A stretch of 64,000 nt of DNA, from NCBI GenBank assembly GCA_963780735.1, contig CAWADB010000006.1, positions 827,282 to 891,281 on the forward strand. Reading direction: 5' to 3'. Positions within the stretch are counted from its first letter, which is position 1; each line of letters opens with the position of its first letter. The notes beneath the pieces are model-generated. The model saw only the letters and a program-made list of their open reading frames with translations, was not told the DNA's origin and made no database searches. Below are positions 50,480 through 60,695 of this stretch, one piece after another. The position numbers and the translations under genes were made by a program. This DNA comes from an uncultured Bacteroidales bacterium. GTDB lineage: Bacteria > Bacteroidota > Bacteroidia > Bacteroidales > VadinHA17.

Positions 50480-51334
50480 TTATTTTTTGGGCAACGGAGC
50501 AACACCTGCCATGTCACCGATGACATTCACAAGGTCACTGCCTGTCGGAACGACAATCTTCGTGTTTGACTGTAGCGATGTCTCCAGCGCCTGCAGCTTC
50601 CTTAATATCTGTGCGTTACCTATGAAATACTTCTCGGCGGACTCATTCACCAGCCTGATGAACTCAGCCTCTCCCTCGGCCTGCAGTATCTTAGCCTGCT
50701 TGGCTCCTTCAGCTTCCTTGATCTTCGCCCTCTTCACACCGTCAGCCACTGTTTCAGCGGCAGAAGCCATGTCAATGGCAGCTATCTTCTCATTCTCGGC
50801 CTTCACTACCTTGTTCATTGTCTCCTGAACATCCTTCGGCGGATCAATCTGTTTCAGCTCGGTACGTACGATCTCAATACCCCACCCCTTGGTCTCGGTG
50901 TGCAGTGTGTTGTACAACTCGGCATTGATCTTGCCACGCTCACTGTTGGCCGACTTCAGCGTCATCGTTCCTATAATGTTACGCAGTGTGGTCCGTGCAA
51001 GGTTGACAATCTGCCACTTGAAGTTGGCAACATTATAAATAGAGCCCTTGACGCTCTCCTCATCAGATTTGACCCTGAAATATACCTGTGCGTCGACACT
51101 GGCGTTCAGGTTGTCATTGGTGATGATCTCCTGAGGCTCTGCGTCAACCATCTGCTCGGTCACATTCACAAGATACATCTTGTCAATGACCGGAATGATC
51201 CAGTGAAAACCCGGATTGGCAAAGTTGTGATACTTGCCAAGCCTCTCAATAAGACCTCTCTGCGTGGGTCTTACAATCCTTATTCCTGCGAAGAAAATAA
51301 TTAAAACAAAGAAAATGATAACTCCATAAATCAT
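50480..51334 (-). CDS. SPFH/band 7 family protein
   Basis: N-terminal TM; IERLGKY; QEIITNDN; RTTLRNIIG; AEGEAE repeats. Confidence 0.93.
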   Translation of the reverse strand: MIYGVIIFFVLIIFFAGIRIVRPTQRGLIERLGKYHNFANPGFHWIIPVIDKMYLVNVTEQMVDAEPQEIITNDNLNASVDAQVYFRVKSDEESVKGSIYNVANFKWQIVNLARTTLRNIIGTMTLKSANSERGKINAELYNTLHTETKGWGIEIVRTELKQIDPPKDVQETMNKVVKAENEKIAAIDMASAAETVADGVKRAKIKEAEGAKQAKILQAEGEAEFIRLVNESAEKYFIGNAQILRKLQALETSLQSNTKIVVPTGSDLVNVIGDMAGVAPLPKK

Positions 51335-51498
51335 GGCAATACTCCTTTCATTAGTTAATAATTGTTATCCCACTAAGGTACGAAAAAAGTTGAAAGGTAG
51401 AAGGGTTGAGGGATTGAGGAGTTGAAAAAAATGTTGATGGGTTTCGGCATATAGCATGGGGCAGGGAGCATGGGGGAAAAAGTAATCGACAAGGCAAC

Positions 51499-52701
51499 CT
51501 ACATTTTTTGGCTGCGTGCCATGATTTCCAGACACATACGGGTATTGTGATAGGGGCACTTCCAGAACCCGGCCTTGTCGTCATAGGTATTGACAACACC
51601 ATTGGCTCGGATGCTCCAGAACCACTCGCCGTTGACCCTGTCGACAAGGTTAGCCCTGATATAATCAAAAGCCCTGACAGCATGGTCAAGCCAGCTACTG
51701 TCGCCGCTCAGCTCCCATGCATTGATGAACCCTACCACCGCCTCCGCCTGCACCCACCAGTGCCTGTCCCGGTCGATATGCTCCTTCGCATCATCCCTTT
51801 CATAGAACAGGCTGCCGTCGTCTGCAAGTCCTTCAAGCGCAGCACGCGCTATCCGCAGCGAGACGTCCCTGACACTGTCTTCCTTACCGAGTGCTGCCGC
51901 TGCTTCGTAGAGGAGCCACGAAGCTTCTATATCATGTCCGTATGAGACAATCGTAGAACGGCGGTTCCATTTCTCGTCGAAAAAGAGGGTCAGATGTGAT
52001 GTTTCGGGGTCAACGATCTTTTCAGCAAAAATACGCACCATATTACCGAGCTGCTTTTTCAGCTTTGCATCCGGCCAGATGCGGTACAGGCTGGTGTAAG
52101 CCTCCAGGATGTGAAGATGCGTGTTCATGGTCTTCTTCTCGTTCTCATCCTTTTCACTCAGGCGCAGGTCGGCGAGCTCGCCCCATTCGCGGTCAAAAGC
52201 CTCAAAATATCCGTTCAGCTCTCGGTCAAAACTGTGCTTTTCAATGAGTCGGAAGAGCTCAACAGCCTTTTCAAGCGACTCCTGGTCGCCTGTGGCCATG
52301 TTATGCCAGCTGAGGGCATATATGAAGAAAGCGAGGGAATAGATCTGTTTCTTTGTTTCGAGAGGCTCGCCGTTATTCCGCAGGCACCAGTATGTGCCGC
52401 CGTTTTTCTCATCGAAGAAGTGGCTGAAGATATAGTTTCTTGCCCTTGTGGCCATCTCAAGGTACAACGGGTCTTTCACATACATATATGCCGCCGAAAA
52501 GCTCCACAGGATTCTGGCGTTCAATATGGCTCCCTTGGGGGCTCCGGCAATGACATTATCCTTTCCGTCAATCCTGCCGTAAAAGCCACCCTGCTTGTCA
52601 TCAGTCATCTTTTTAGTCCAGAATGGCATAATGTTGCGGTTAAGCTCCTCAAGGGCATCGATGCGCATTTCTGCCGAGAGGTGTTGCGTGTTTCCGGTCA
52701 T
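51499..52701 (-). CDS. Cellobiose/mannobiose 2-epimerase (AGE family)
   Basis: LNARILW; [13 protein letters not shown]; [11 protein letters not shown]; WWVQAE; WKCPYH. Confidence 0.92.
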   Translation of the reverse strand: MTGNTQHLSAEMRIDALEELNRNIMPFWTKKMTDDKQGGFYGRIDGKDNVIAGAPKGAILNARILWSFSAAYMYVKDPLYLEMATRARNYIFSHFFDEKNGGTYWCLRNNGEPLETKKQIYSLAFFIYALSWHNMATGDQESLEKAVELFRLIEKHSFDRELNGYFEAFDREWGELADLRLSEKDENEKKTMNTHLHILEAYTSLYRIWPDAKLKKQLGNMVRIFAEKIVDPETSHLTLFFDEKWNRRSTIVSYGHDIEASWLLYEAAAALGKEDSVRDVSLRIARAALEGLADDGSLFYERDDAKEHIDRDRHWWVQAEAVVGFINAWELSGDSSWLDHAVRAFDYIRANLVDRVNGEWFWSIRANGVVNTYDDKAGFWKCPYHNTRMCLEIMARSQKM

Positions 52702-53879
52702 TTATTCATGTACTCTTCGTTATGCTCAATAATCTTATTGATGGTCTTCACCGATGCAGCAGAGCGAAATCCGTCAGGTGGAGTGTTCAGACAATAATCC
52801 GTCAGTTTCTCAACGGTTGATACTGCCACATGCATGCGGCTGTCCGACGAGGCATAATAGATATAGACAGTACCGTCATCATCGGCAATCCAGCCGTTGG
52901 AGAAGAGTACGTTGGAGACATCGCCTATGCGTTCTGCACCCTCCGGGGCCATGAAGTAACCACCCGGTTCTGCAATCATCCTCGAAGGGTCATGGAGGTC
53001 GGTCATATAAAGGTAAAGAACATAACGCAGTCCTGCTGCGCACCCTCTCACACCGTGGGCCAGATGAAGCCATCCCTGAGGTGTCTTTATGGGATGCGGG
53101 CCCTCACCGTTTTTAACCTCCTTGATGGTGTGGTAATGTCTGAAATTAATAATCTTCTCTTCTCCGGCCTTAACCTCAGCCCTGGTGATATCATCAACAA
53201 GCGCCCATCCTATCCCTCCGCCGCTGCCGGCATCTATGAACCCGTCCTGCGGCCTTGTGTAGAGCGCATATTTGCCATCGACGAACTCAGGGTGCAGCAC
53301 CACATTGCGCTGCTGGCTCGCCGAGATGAGATCAGGCAGCCTATCCCACGTTACAAGGTCGTGAGTGCGTGCGATGCCTGCGGCGGCAACCGCTGATGAG
53401 AGATCACCGGGCTGTGCGTCAGGGTCTTTTCTCTCGCTGCAGAAGACGCCATAGATCCACCCGTCCTCATGCCTGGTGAGCCGCATGTCATAGACATTAA
53501 TGTCAGGGTCAGCGGTTTCAGGCATGGTTAAAGGATGATCCCAAAAGCGAAAATTATCCACACCGTTTGGACTTTCGGCAATGGCAAAGAACGATTTCCT
53601 GTCGTTGCCTTCAACTCTGGCAACCAGAAGATACTTTCCGTTATGCTTCATTGCACCGGCATTAAAAGCGGCATTGATGCCAAAACGCTCCATCAGGTGA
53701 GGATTGGTGGAAGGATCCAGGTCATATCGCCAAGAGAGAGGCGCGTGGGCCCCTGTAAGCACTGGATTCTCATAACGGTGATAAGCACCATTTCCGGGCT
53801 CAATCCTTCTGTTCCTCCGGGTGACAAGCACCTCGTGCAGTTCGGCTAAATTCCCGAGGCGGAATTCAAAACTGTTCAT
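52698..53879 (-). CDS. 4-O-beta-D-mannosyl-D-glucose phosphorylase (GH130)
   Basis: [11 protein letters not shown]; YDMRLT; [10 protein letters not shown]; YTRPQDGF; GDVSNVLF. Confidence 0.93.
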   Translation of the reverse strand: MNSFEFRLGNLAELHEVLVTRRNRRIEPGNGAYHRYENPVLTGAHAPLSWRYDLDPSTNPHLMERFGINAAFNAGAMKHNGKYLLVARVEGNDRKSFFAIAESPNGVDNFRFWDHPLTMPETADPDINVYDMRLTRHEDGWIYGVFCSERKDPDAQPGDLSSAVAAAGIARTHDLVTWDRLPDLISASQQRNVVLHPEFVDGKYALYTRPQDGFIDAGSGGGIGWALVDDITRAEVKAGEEKIINFRHYHTIKEVKNGEGPHPIKTPQGWLHLAHGVRGCAAGLRYVLYLYMTDLHDPSRMIAEPGGYFMAPEGAERIGDVSNVLFSNGWIADDDGTVYIYYASSDSRMHVAVSTVEKLTDYCLNTPPDGFRSAASVKTINKIIEHNEEYMNK

Positions 53880-53897
53880 ATCCTTTTAGTTAAAACC

Positions 53898-55019
53898 TCA
53901 TTTATAAATATCAAGTTTTGTCAGATCACCCTGGAACAACGTGCCCGGCAGATTGTAAAAATCAATGAAGTCGTCAGCGCTGACCTGTCCGGGATAAGGT
54001 GCATAGAAATGTCCGGGTTTGTTGTTTGCATTGCGCCATACAAGCAGATAGGATATCTTATGATCTTTTACGGCTGGCCACAGAGTACTGGTCCACCACG
54101 TTGAGTCGGGTATTGATTCATACCCAGCCTCGGTCAGGGCGGCAATCTTGCCATGCTCCTCCGCAACTCCGGTCACAATACCCAGCACCCTGTTCACCTC
54201 TTCAATGAAGGAACTGCTTCCGGCATCACTCATCTGGTAGTAATCGAAGCCCAAAAGGTCAATATAATCATCACCCGGATATCGTTCAAGATACTGCTGC
54301 CTGTCTGCAATTTCACCCGAGCTTGAATAAGCATAGAGCACATTGTGGACATTCTTTGTCTTGCAGAGGTAATCGACCGTAAACCTCCACAGTCCTATGT
54401 ATTCTTCATTGGTGCACAGTTTCTGTCCCCACCAGAACCAGCTGCCGGTATGCTCATGGTAAGGCCTGAAGATAACCGGGATGGCAACTCCATACTCATC
54501 TGTGAGCGAGCCTAAGTAAGCGGCAATATTATCAAGCCAGCCTTTGAATTTTTCATGGTTCTCTCCGCCGGGCAGCACGGAGGCCACCACCTTGTCGGAG
54601 GTGATGTCCCACGCATTTCCTCCCGTCAGGGGGTTGTCGCAATGCCAGCTGAAGGTTATAATACCCCCTCGCGAGTATATCTCCCTGGCAAACAATTTCA
54701 TATTTTCAAAGGGCACCGAATCAAGGTTTACGGGCGCCAGGTGCTCAATATCCCCCAGGTCCATACCATAAACTGCGGGATAATCAGAGCATACCCTTTT
54801 TACATCCGATTCGCCGTTGGGGTAAACCCACCCTAATCCGTAAGAGAGGTCGTCCTGGTGCCCGAACATAATACCCTTTTCCGTGGCAGCCTTCATCCCT
54901 GCAAGCAGGTTCACCGTTTCAGCGGTGGCAGAAGGGTCAGCAGTACCGGTTTTTTTCTCCTGTGACGGACATCCTGTCAGAAGGAGAAGTGCTACGGTCA
55001 AAATGATTAGTTTTTGCAT
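53898..55019 (-). CDS. GH26 beta-mannanase, lipoprotein
   Basis: Lipobox LTGC; FGHQDD; FRPYHEHTGSWFWWG; YPGDDY; LTEAG; WRN. Confidence 0.92.
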   Translation of the reverse strand: MQKLIILTVALLLLTGCPSQEKKTGTADPSATAETVNLLAGMKAATEKGIMFGHQDDLSYGLGWVYPNGESDVKRVCSDYPAVYGMDLGDIEHLAPVNLDSVPFENMKLFAREIYSRGGIITFSWHCDNPLTGGNAWDITSDKVVASVLPGGENHEKFKGWLDNIAAYLGSLTDEYGVAIPVIFRPYHEHTGSWFWWGQKLCTNEEYIGLWRFTVDYLCKTKNVHNVLYAYSSSGEIADRQQYLERYPGDDYIDLLGFDYYQMSDAGSSSFIEEVNRVLGIVTGVAEEHGKIAALTEAGYESIPDSTWWTSTLWPAVKDHKISYLLVWRNANNKPGHFYAPYPGQVSADDFIDFYNLPGTLFQGDLTKLDIYK

Positions 55020-55026
55020 GACTGAG

Positions 55027-56328
55027 TTATTTTTTCGTAAGTTCATTCAGTTTCCGGTTGTATCCCGTAATAAGTTCAATTGTACTGTCAGTGTCAAACA
55101 CTGAGTTCAGTCCCTGCTCTTCCTGGGGAGGATCGCCGAGATAGTCGTCACCCGGCTGCCAGTACAGGTGGTCCTGTGCCGGACGGCCCTCGCCCGAGTA
55201 GGCCCAGATATTGCATCCTGCGAGAGATCCGCGCCGGGCTGCATGTTCAACGATACGTTCAAAGGCATTACTGTAGTACTTATCACGGCAGACCGTCGAT
55301 TCTTCAGTGGAATAGCCGTGATGGTCACGTGGCAGGCCGAATTCCTCAAGCACCAGCGGTTTGCGGAGGCGTTCTGCCACCTCGAAATGTTCATCCATAT
55401 ATTCGTTGGTCTTCACAATGCTTGAGTCAATGGTTCCGCTGATATCCTTAATGTCGAGCCAGCTCCAGTTCTTTGGCCATATATGCATCGTCAGGTAATC
55501 GATGCTGGGATCGGCATGGACCTGTTCAAACACTTCCATGTTGCCCTCGCATCCCCATTTACCCTCTGTGCCTGTTGTTACCAGGTGGTTCTTGTCAAGC
55601 TCCTGAATGAGTGCTGCCACACGCTTGATCATTGCTTCCATAGCCGGTATATTGGCATCAGAAAAGGCTCGCGGCTCATTGGCGATCTCCCACGTCATGA
55701 TTGCAGGGTCATCGGTATATTTCAATCCTGTATACCTGTTGGTGCGTCCGAGGATGTACCTGATATGATCTTCAAACATGCTGATACATGGGTCGCATGA
55801 GTTGAACTGTCCGGAGAATGTCATGAACTGATGCCAGGTGTTTGGCGGTACATTGGGGTAAGGAATGGGACCGTAGCCGTTCCAGTTAAGATATTGGGAA
55901 TACCCACCTGTCCAGTCCCAGCTGTTATTCAGGAAGAGGATGGCATACTGCCCCCGTTTCTTCATCTCAGCAAGAAGGAAGTCAAGACCGTCGAGGAGGT
56001 CATCATTGTATACACCAGGTGAAAGCATCAGGGCGGGTGTGACACGGAAGGGCTCACCGTCAGGCCCTTCGGCTCCGACGAGCACGCGAAGGTTATTGAC
56101 ACCCATGCTGTCAAGGCGGTCAAGTTCCCTCAGAAGCCGCGGCCTGTCGCCGTATTTGCCGGGACTGGCAATAATAGCGCCGTACCAGTAATTGGCGCCA
56201 ATATAGTAATAAGGCTTCCCGCTGACCTGAAAAGTGCCGTCGGCGACAGTGACAAAATCGTTTACAGGACCGCTTTTACAACCAGCCAGTGATGCCACAA
56301 GCATTAGACCCAACAGTATCCGCTTCAT
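55027..56328 (-). CDS. GH5 beta-mannanase/mannosidase (GH5_7-like), lipoprotein
   Basis: Lipobox LAGC; GANYWY; WEIANEPR acid/base; HIWPKNW; LEEFG nucleophile. Confidence 0.9.
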   Translation of the reverse strand: MKRILLGLMLVASLAGCKSGPVNDFVTVADGTFQVSGKPYYYIGANYWYGAIIASPGKYGDRPRLLRELDRLDSMGVNNLRVLVGAEGPDGEPFRVTPALMLSPGVYNDDLLDGLDFLLAEMKKRGQYAILFLNNSWDWTGGYSQYLNWNGYGPIPYPNVPPNTWHQFMTFSGQFNSCDPCISMFEDHIRYILGRTNRYTGLKYTDDPAIMTWEIANEPRAFSDANIPAMEAMIKRVAALIQELDKNHLVTTGTEGKWGCEGNMEVFEQVHADPSIDYLTMHIWPKNWSWLDIKDISGTIDSSIVKTNEYMDEHFEVAERLRKPLVLEEFGLPRDHHGYSTEESTVCRDKYYSNAFERIVEHAARRGSLAGCNIWAYSGEGRPAQDHLYWQPGDDYLGDPPQEEQGLNSVFDTDSTIELITGYNRKLNELTKK

Positions 56329-56438
56329 TTTATGTTTTTTATGATCCTTACCAAAAATACTCAATCGCATTTTCAGGAAGAAGAAAAACTGCACACCCCG
56401 AGAGCTCAGGAAGAGCTACGATCAGGGCACAACAGTCT

Positions 56439-58871
56439 TTATCTGACCCGGATCGCGGTTTTGGCAGCGGCCAGTCCATCGGATGATGCCTCCACACTTA
56501 TGTTGCCTGCTTCAGCTCCCGCTTTCACAACCAGGAGGCATTTACCGTTAAATGCCTTCCGGTAGTCAGCCTTGAAAGGTTCCATGCTTGTCTGGCAGCC
56601 GTTGTCAACGCCAGCTATGGTGCCATTGCCTTCGACACTGAATTTTATGAGGTTATCCGCTTTTGGAACAGGAACACCATCCTTGTCAACCACTGTTACG
56701 GTTATAAAGGAAAGGTCAGATCCGTCAGCCATTATCTCCGCTCTGTCAGGTGTCAGTACTATGGCTGCAGGCTCACCTGCAGTCTTCACTTCCTCCCTCA
56801 TGATTTCGACGCCATCCTTATAGCCCACGCCTGTAACGGTTCCGGGCTCAAACTGGGTCCTCCACACAAGGTGCAACTGATCTTCGGTCTTCTTCTGCCT
56901 GCCAAGTGAGTTACCGTTAACAAGCAGCTCCACCTCGTCGCAGTTCGTGTAGGCCCACACATCAACCACCTGTCCCGGGGTCCAGTTCCAGTGCGGAAAG
57001 ATGTGCAGCACCGGTTTTTCTGTCCATTCACTCTGGTACATATAATATGCATCCTTCGGGAAGCCGGCCAGGTCAATTATCCCGAAGTATGAACTTCGTG
57101 CCGGCCACCAGTACGGTGTAGGTTCACCCAGGTAATCGAAGCCTGTCCAGATGTACATACCCGACAGGTAATCATATTTTTTAGTCAGCTGCCAGGCATA
57201 CTCATGGGTTGAACCCCACGGTGCTGAGCAGTTGTCATAGGCGGAGCATGTAAGGTCCGCGTTGCCATCCTTAAAAGGCTGATCCCAGCGTGCAGGCCAG
57301 CGTCTGACTATGTCCGAAGGCATATCGTAACTGCCTCTTGTAGCCAGAGCCGAGGTTGTCTCGGAACCAATGAATTTCCCTCCCGGGAAGGCTTGCGGGA
57401 AACCTGCGTAGAGGCTGTCGTTATAGTTATAACCTATCAGGTCAAGCACCCCGGGTGCGATAATAGGGTTATGAGGCTGAGGGTTATTGCATGCAGATGT
57501 TATTGGTCTTGTGTCATCAAGTGCCCGCACAATGGCTGTCAGCTCCCTTACCATAGGCATGCCCGAGCCTGAAGTATCCCACTGCTCCATTATCTCGTTG
57601 CCTATGCTATAGATAAAAACAGACGGGTGATTGCGGTCGCGCAATACCATGTCTTCGAGATCCCGCTTGTGCCACTCATCATAGTCAAGATGATAGTCAA
57701 AATCGGTCTTCTTTATTTTCCACATATCAAAAGCCTCATCCATGACTATAAAGCCCATACGGTCACAGAGATCGAGCAGTTCCGGTGCCGGAGGGTTATG
57801 TGATGTGCGTATTCCGTTACATCCCATCGCTTTCAGGATCTCAAGTTGTCTCTCAAGGGCCCGTGTGTTGACGGCTGCCCCGAGGCATCCAAGATCGTGG
57901 TGATTGCAAACACCAAGTATCTTCAACGGTTTTCCGTTCAGGAAGAAGCCTTTTGCATTGTCAAAGGCAAACGACCGTATCCCGAACTGAGTCTCGTACC
58001 TGTCAGCTACCCGGTCTTCCGATATGATCTCTGTCACGACCCGGTAGAGGTCAGGCTCATCAACGGACCACAGATCAGGATTCTCTATCGTTACCTCCTG
58101 GCTGAAAACCCCCATGCTGTCTGCAAGATTGATACCGGTCTGCCTGGCTGTTGCCACTTTCTTTCCGGAAGGGTTATACACTGAAGAGATTAGTATCAGT
58201 CTTGCTGACTTGTCTGTGCTGTTACGTATGGTGGTGCTGATCGTCACCCGGGCGGAATCGGCAGTCACGACAGGAGTTGTTATGAAGATTCCCCAGTGGT
58301 CAACAGCGATTTTTTTTGTGGTAACAAGCCACACATTTCTGTATATGCCTGATCCGGAATACCACCTGGAATTAGGCTGCTGTGAGTTGTCAACCTTTAC
58401 TGCAATAACGTTTTTTTCTTTACCATAGACCAGGTACGGCGTGAGATTGTACCTGAATGAGCTGTAGCCATAGGGTCTTTTGCCAAGGTAATTGCCGTTT
58501 ATCCACACCTCGCTGTTGCGGTATACTCCGTCGAATTCGATGTAGATGATTTTACTCTTTTTAGAGGATTCGACACTAAACGTCTTCCTGTACCAGCCAA
58601 TGCCTCCCGGCAGGGCTCCGCCTCCGGGAGAGGCAGGATTATCTTCACTGAATTCACCTTCAATGCTCCAGTCGTGCGGCAGGTCAAGCAGTCGCCAGCC
58701 GCTGTCATCAAAATCCCCGTTCCGGGAATCGTCATTGCCGGCCAGGGAGAACTTCCATCCGGTGTTGAAGCTGTTTCTCTCACGGGGGCTTTCCGTTGTA
58801 CACGCCATTAAACCTGCCATCACCAGGATGGCAACTGTAAATACCGCTTGAATTGCTGATTTGTGTCTCAT
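56439..58871 (-). CDS. GH2 glycosidase (beta-galactosidase-like), lipoprotein
   Basis: LPHDWSIE; RWYSGSGIYR; IRTSHNPP; SIGNE; GSET; WTGFDYLGEPTP. Confidence 0.92.
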   Translation of the reverse strand: MRHKSAIQAVFTVAILVMAGLMACTTESPRERNSFNTGWKFSLAGNDDSRNGDFDDSGWRLLDLPHDWSIEGEFSEDNPASPGGGALPGGIGWYRKTFSVESSKKSKIIYIEFDGVYRNSEVWINGNYLGKRPYGYSSFRYNLTPYLVYGKEKNVIAVKVDNSQQPNSRWYSGSGIYRNVWLVTTKKIAVDHWGIFITTPVVTADSARVTISTTIRNSTDKSARLILISSVYNPSGKKVATARQTGINLADSMGVFSQEVTIENPDLWSVDEPDLYRVVTEIISEDRVADRYETQFGIRSFAFDNAKGFFLNGKPLKILGVCNHHDLGCLGAAVNTRALERQLEILKAMGCNGIRTSHNPPAPELLDLCDRMGFIVMDEAFDMWKIKKTDFDYHLDYDEWHKRDLEDMVLRDRNHPSVFIYSIGNEIMEQWDTSGSGMPMVRELTAIVRALDDTRPITSACNNPQPHNPIIAPGVLDLIGYNYNDSLYAGFPQAFPGGKFIGSETTSALATRGSYDMPSDIVRRWPARWDQPFKDGNADLTCSAYDNCSAPWGSTHEYAWQLTKKYDYLSGMYIWTGFDYLGEPTPYWWPARSSYFGIIDLAGFPKDAYYMYQSEWTEKPVLHIFPHWNWTPGQVVDVWAYTNCDEVELLVNGNSLGRQKKTEDQLHLVWRTQFEPGTVTGVGYKDGVEIMREEVKTAGEPAAIVLTPDRAEIMADGSDLSFITVTVVDKDGVPVPKADNLIKFSVEGNGTIAGVDNGCQTSMEPFKADYRKAFNGKCLLVVKAGAEAGNISVEASSDGLAAAKTAIRVR

Positions 58872-58887
58872 AGCACTGGGGTTTGTA

Positions 58888-60624
58888 TTATTTCATTCCG
58901 AATTCAGAACGTATCCATTCCATCTTCGCATTATAAAAATCCTGCGGCAGTCCGTGGCCAGACAGTGGGTAAACAATGTATTTCTTTTCGCTGGTAACAT
59001 TATTATATGCAGCAAAGTTTATATGCGGTGGACAGGTCTGATCCATCAGTCCGACGCCCATGAGAAGCGGCGCCCTGATCATCGGGGCGAGGTTCTTGAT
59101 GTCAAAATAACTCAGGGTGTAAAACACCTGGTCCCATGTCAGCTTCTTCTCAGTTTCAACGTATGTTATAAATTCATTTGCAGGCCACATTGCTACCTTG
59201 AAATAGTCGCGGAAGTCAGAGAGGAACGGCACCTGCGGAGCGCATACAGCTATCCTGTCATTATTCAGCGCGGCGGTTGCAAACGTCAGGGCGCCGCCCT
59301 GGCTTGCTCCCTCAACAGCGATGCGGGTGACATCAACCTCGGGCCTCGAGCAGAGAAAATCAACTGCCCTGACACAATCCATATAAGCACCCCTGTAAAT
59401 ATACTTTTCCTTGTCTTCAAGATTATACTGGAGATACCCCGGGAAGCCTGGATTAACATCATCCTTGCTGTTTCCGTGACCGCGTATATTAAGCCCGAAA
59501 CCTATCAGATCATCACCGTAATTAACATAAGATGGGACGATGGTCGAGCTGTAGCCCTGCACCTGCATCACAGCCGGATAACGCCCCGGCTTAACTGGCA
59601 CCTGGTACCAGCCTCTTATGAGAGCGTTGCCCAGTGAACGCATCTCCACCAGGTAAATATTATGCTTGTCAGTGCAGAGACTGTCAATCCTGATTATCTT
59701 AAACTGAGGATCAACGGTTTTCAGTTCTGCTTTCGCCTTCTGCCAGAATTCCTGAAAATCCGGCTGCGGGTCAGCAGGCGAGACTATCTTCTCAGGTTCG
59801 TATCCGAAGTTAAATACAGACTCCTTGTTGCCCATCTTGCTCTCAACAGCGGCTGTAACCTTATAAAAGCCCGGGGCAAGGTCCTTAAACCTGAAGGTCC
59901 ACATGCCCGTACTGTTCTTTTTTACCGCTACGTCCAGATACTTCGTAGCGATGTCTTCGCCCATGTCAGTTGTGATCTTCAGTGAGAGCATCCCCCTGTA
60001 TGTTTTTTTAAAATCGCTCTTCAGCGACACCGGCAGCTCAATATCCCGGAAACCTTTGAATATCATGTCAGGCTCAGTGAAAACGGGGTTCAGTTCGATC
60101 AGGTCAGGATTGCCCCTGTTTGTCAGCTCTACAGGTCCGCCGTACAGACCGCCGTCGCCCCCCGCATCATACACCCTGACTGCAACTGTGTTCTTCTTGT
60201 CCCACTGCACCATCTCAGGGGGAATATGATAAACGCGGGGTGCATCATACGCACAAACATAATCGGGAGGAAATGAACCAGTTTTGCCAATCAGATGACC
60301 GTTAAAATAAGTAACATCCGCATCATCAATCTTGCCGAGTTTCAGCATCAGCCCGTCATACTTGAAGGCGCTCTTTTTCATGGACCGGGGGATGACGACC
60401 TTAACCCTGTACCAGGCATATCCGTCATAACCGGCATTCCCCTGCTTTTCCCATACAGTCAGCGGAGAGATGTTATTCCACCAGTAGTCGTTAAGCGATA
60501 AATCAGCGTATTCGGGCTTGTCTCCGGTAAGAAACTTCCACTCTGCCGGGACTATGCTCTGTGAACTGACTGACAGGTTTATCATCATGGCCGCCATGGC
60601 CGGGAAGAATAATTTTTTCATCAT
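58888..60624 (-). CDS. CE7 acetyl esterase fused to an N-terminal sugar-binding jelly-roll domain, exported
   Basis: YDGYAWYR and LGKIDDAD jelly roll; GASQGG; D in GLMDQTCPP; H in SGHG; signal peptide. Confidence 0.85.
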   Translation of the reverse strand: MMKKLFFPAMAAMMINLSVSSQSIVPAEWKFLTGDKPEYADLSLNDYWWNNISPLTVWEKQGNAGYDGYAWYRVKVVIPRSMKKSAFKYDGLMLKLGKIDDADVTYFNGHLIGKTGSFPPDYVCAYDAPRVYHIPPEMVQWDKKNTVAVRVYDAGGDGGLYGGPVELTNRGNPDLIELNPVFTEPDMIFKGFRDIELPVSLKSDFKKTYRGMLSLKITTDMGEDIATKYLDVAVKKNSTGMWTFRFKDLAPGFYKVTAAVESKMGNKESVFNFGYEPEKIVSPADPQPDFQEFWQKAKAELKTVDPQFKIIRIDSLCTDKHNIYLVEMRSLGNALIRGWYQVPVKPGRYPAVMQVQGYSSTIVPSYVNYGDDLIGFGLNIRGHGNSKDDVNPGFPGYLQYNLEDKEKYIYRGAYMDCVRAVDFLCSRPEVDVTRIAVEGASQGGALTFATAALNNDRIAVCAPQVPFLSDFRDYFKVAMWPANEFITYVETEKKLTWDQVFYTLSYFDIKNLAPMIRAPLLMGVGLMDQTCPPHINFAAYNNVTSEKKYIVYPLSGHGLPQDFYNAKMEWIRSEFGMK

Positions 60625-60695
60625 TTTGTCACTCTTTCAGATTGTACTTTTTGGATTAATTTCATTTACTTAACACTTAATGGTACCTGTGGTCA

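Noticed and set aside
51385-51480. 7-8 bp degenerate tandem repeats (GTTGA.., GCATGGG) and ORF 51351..51689
   Set aside because: Low-complexity intergenic sequence; the ORF is a shadow of the epimerase 3' end plus repeat-derived sequence.
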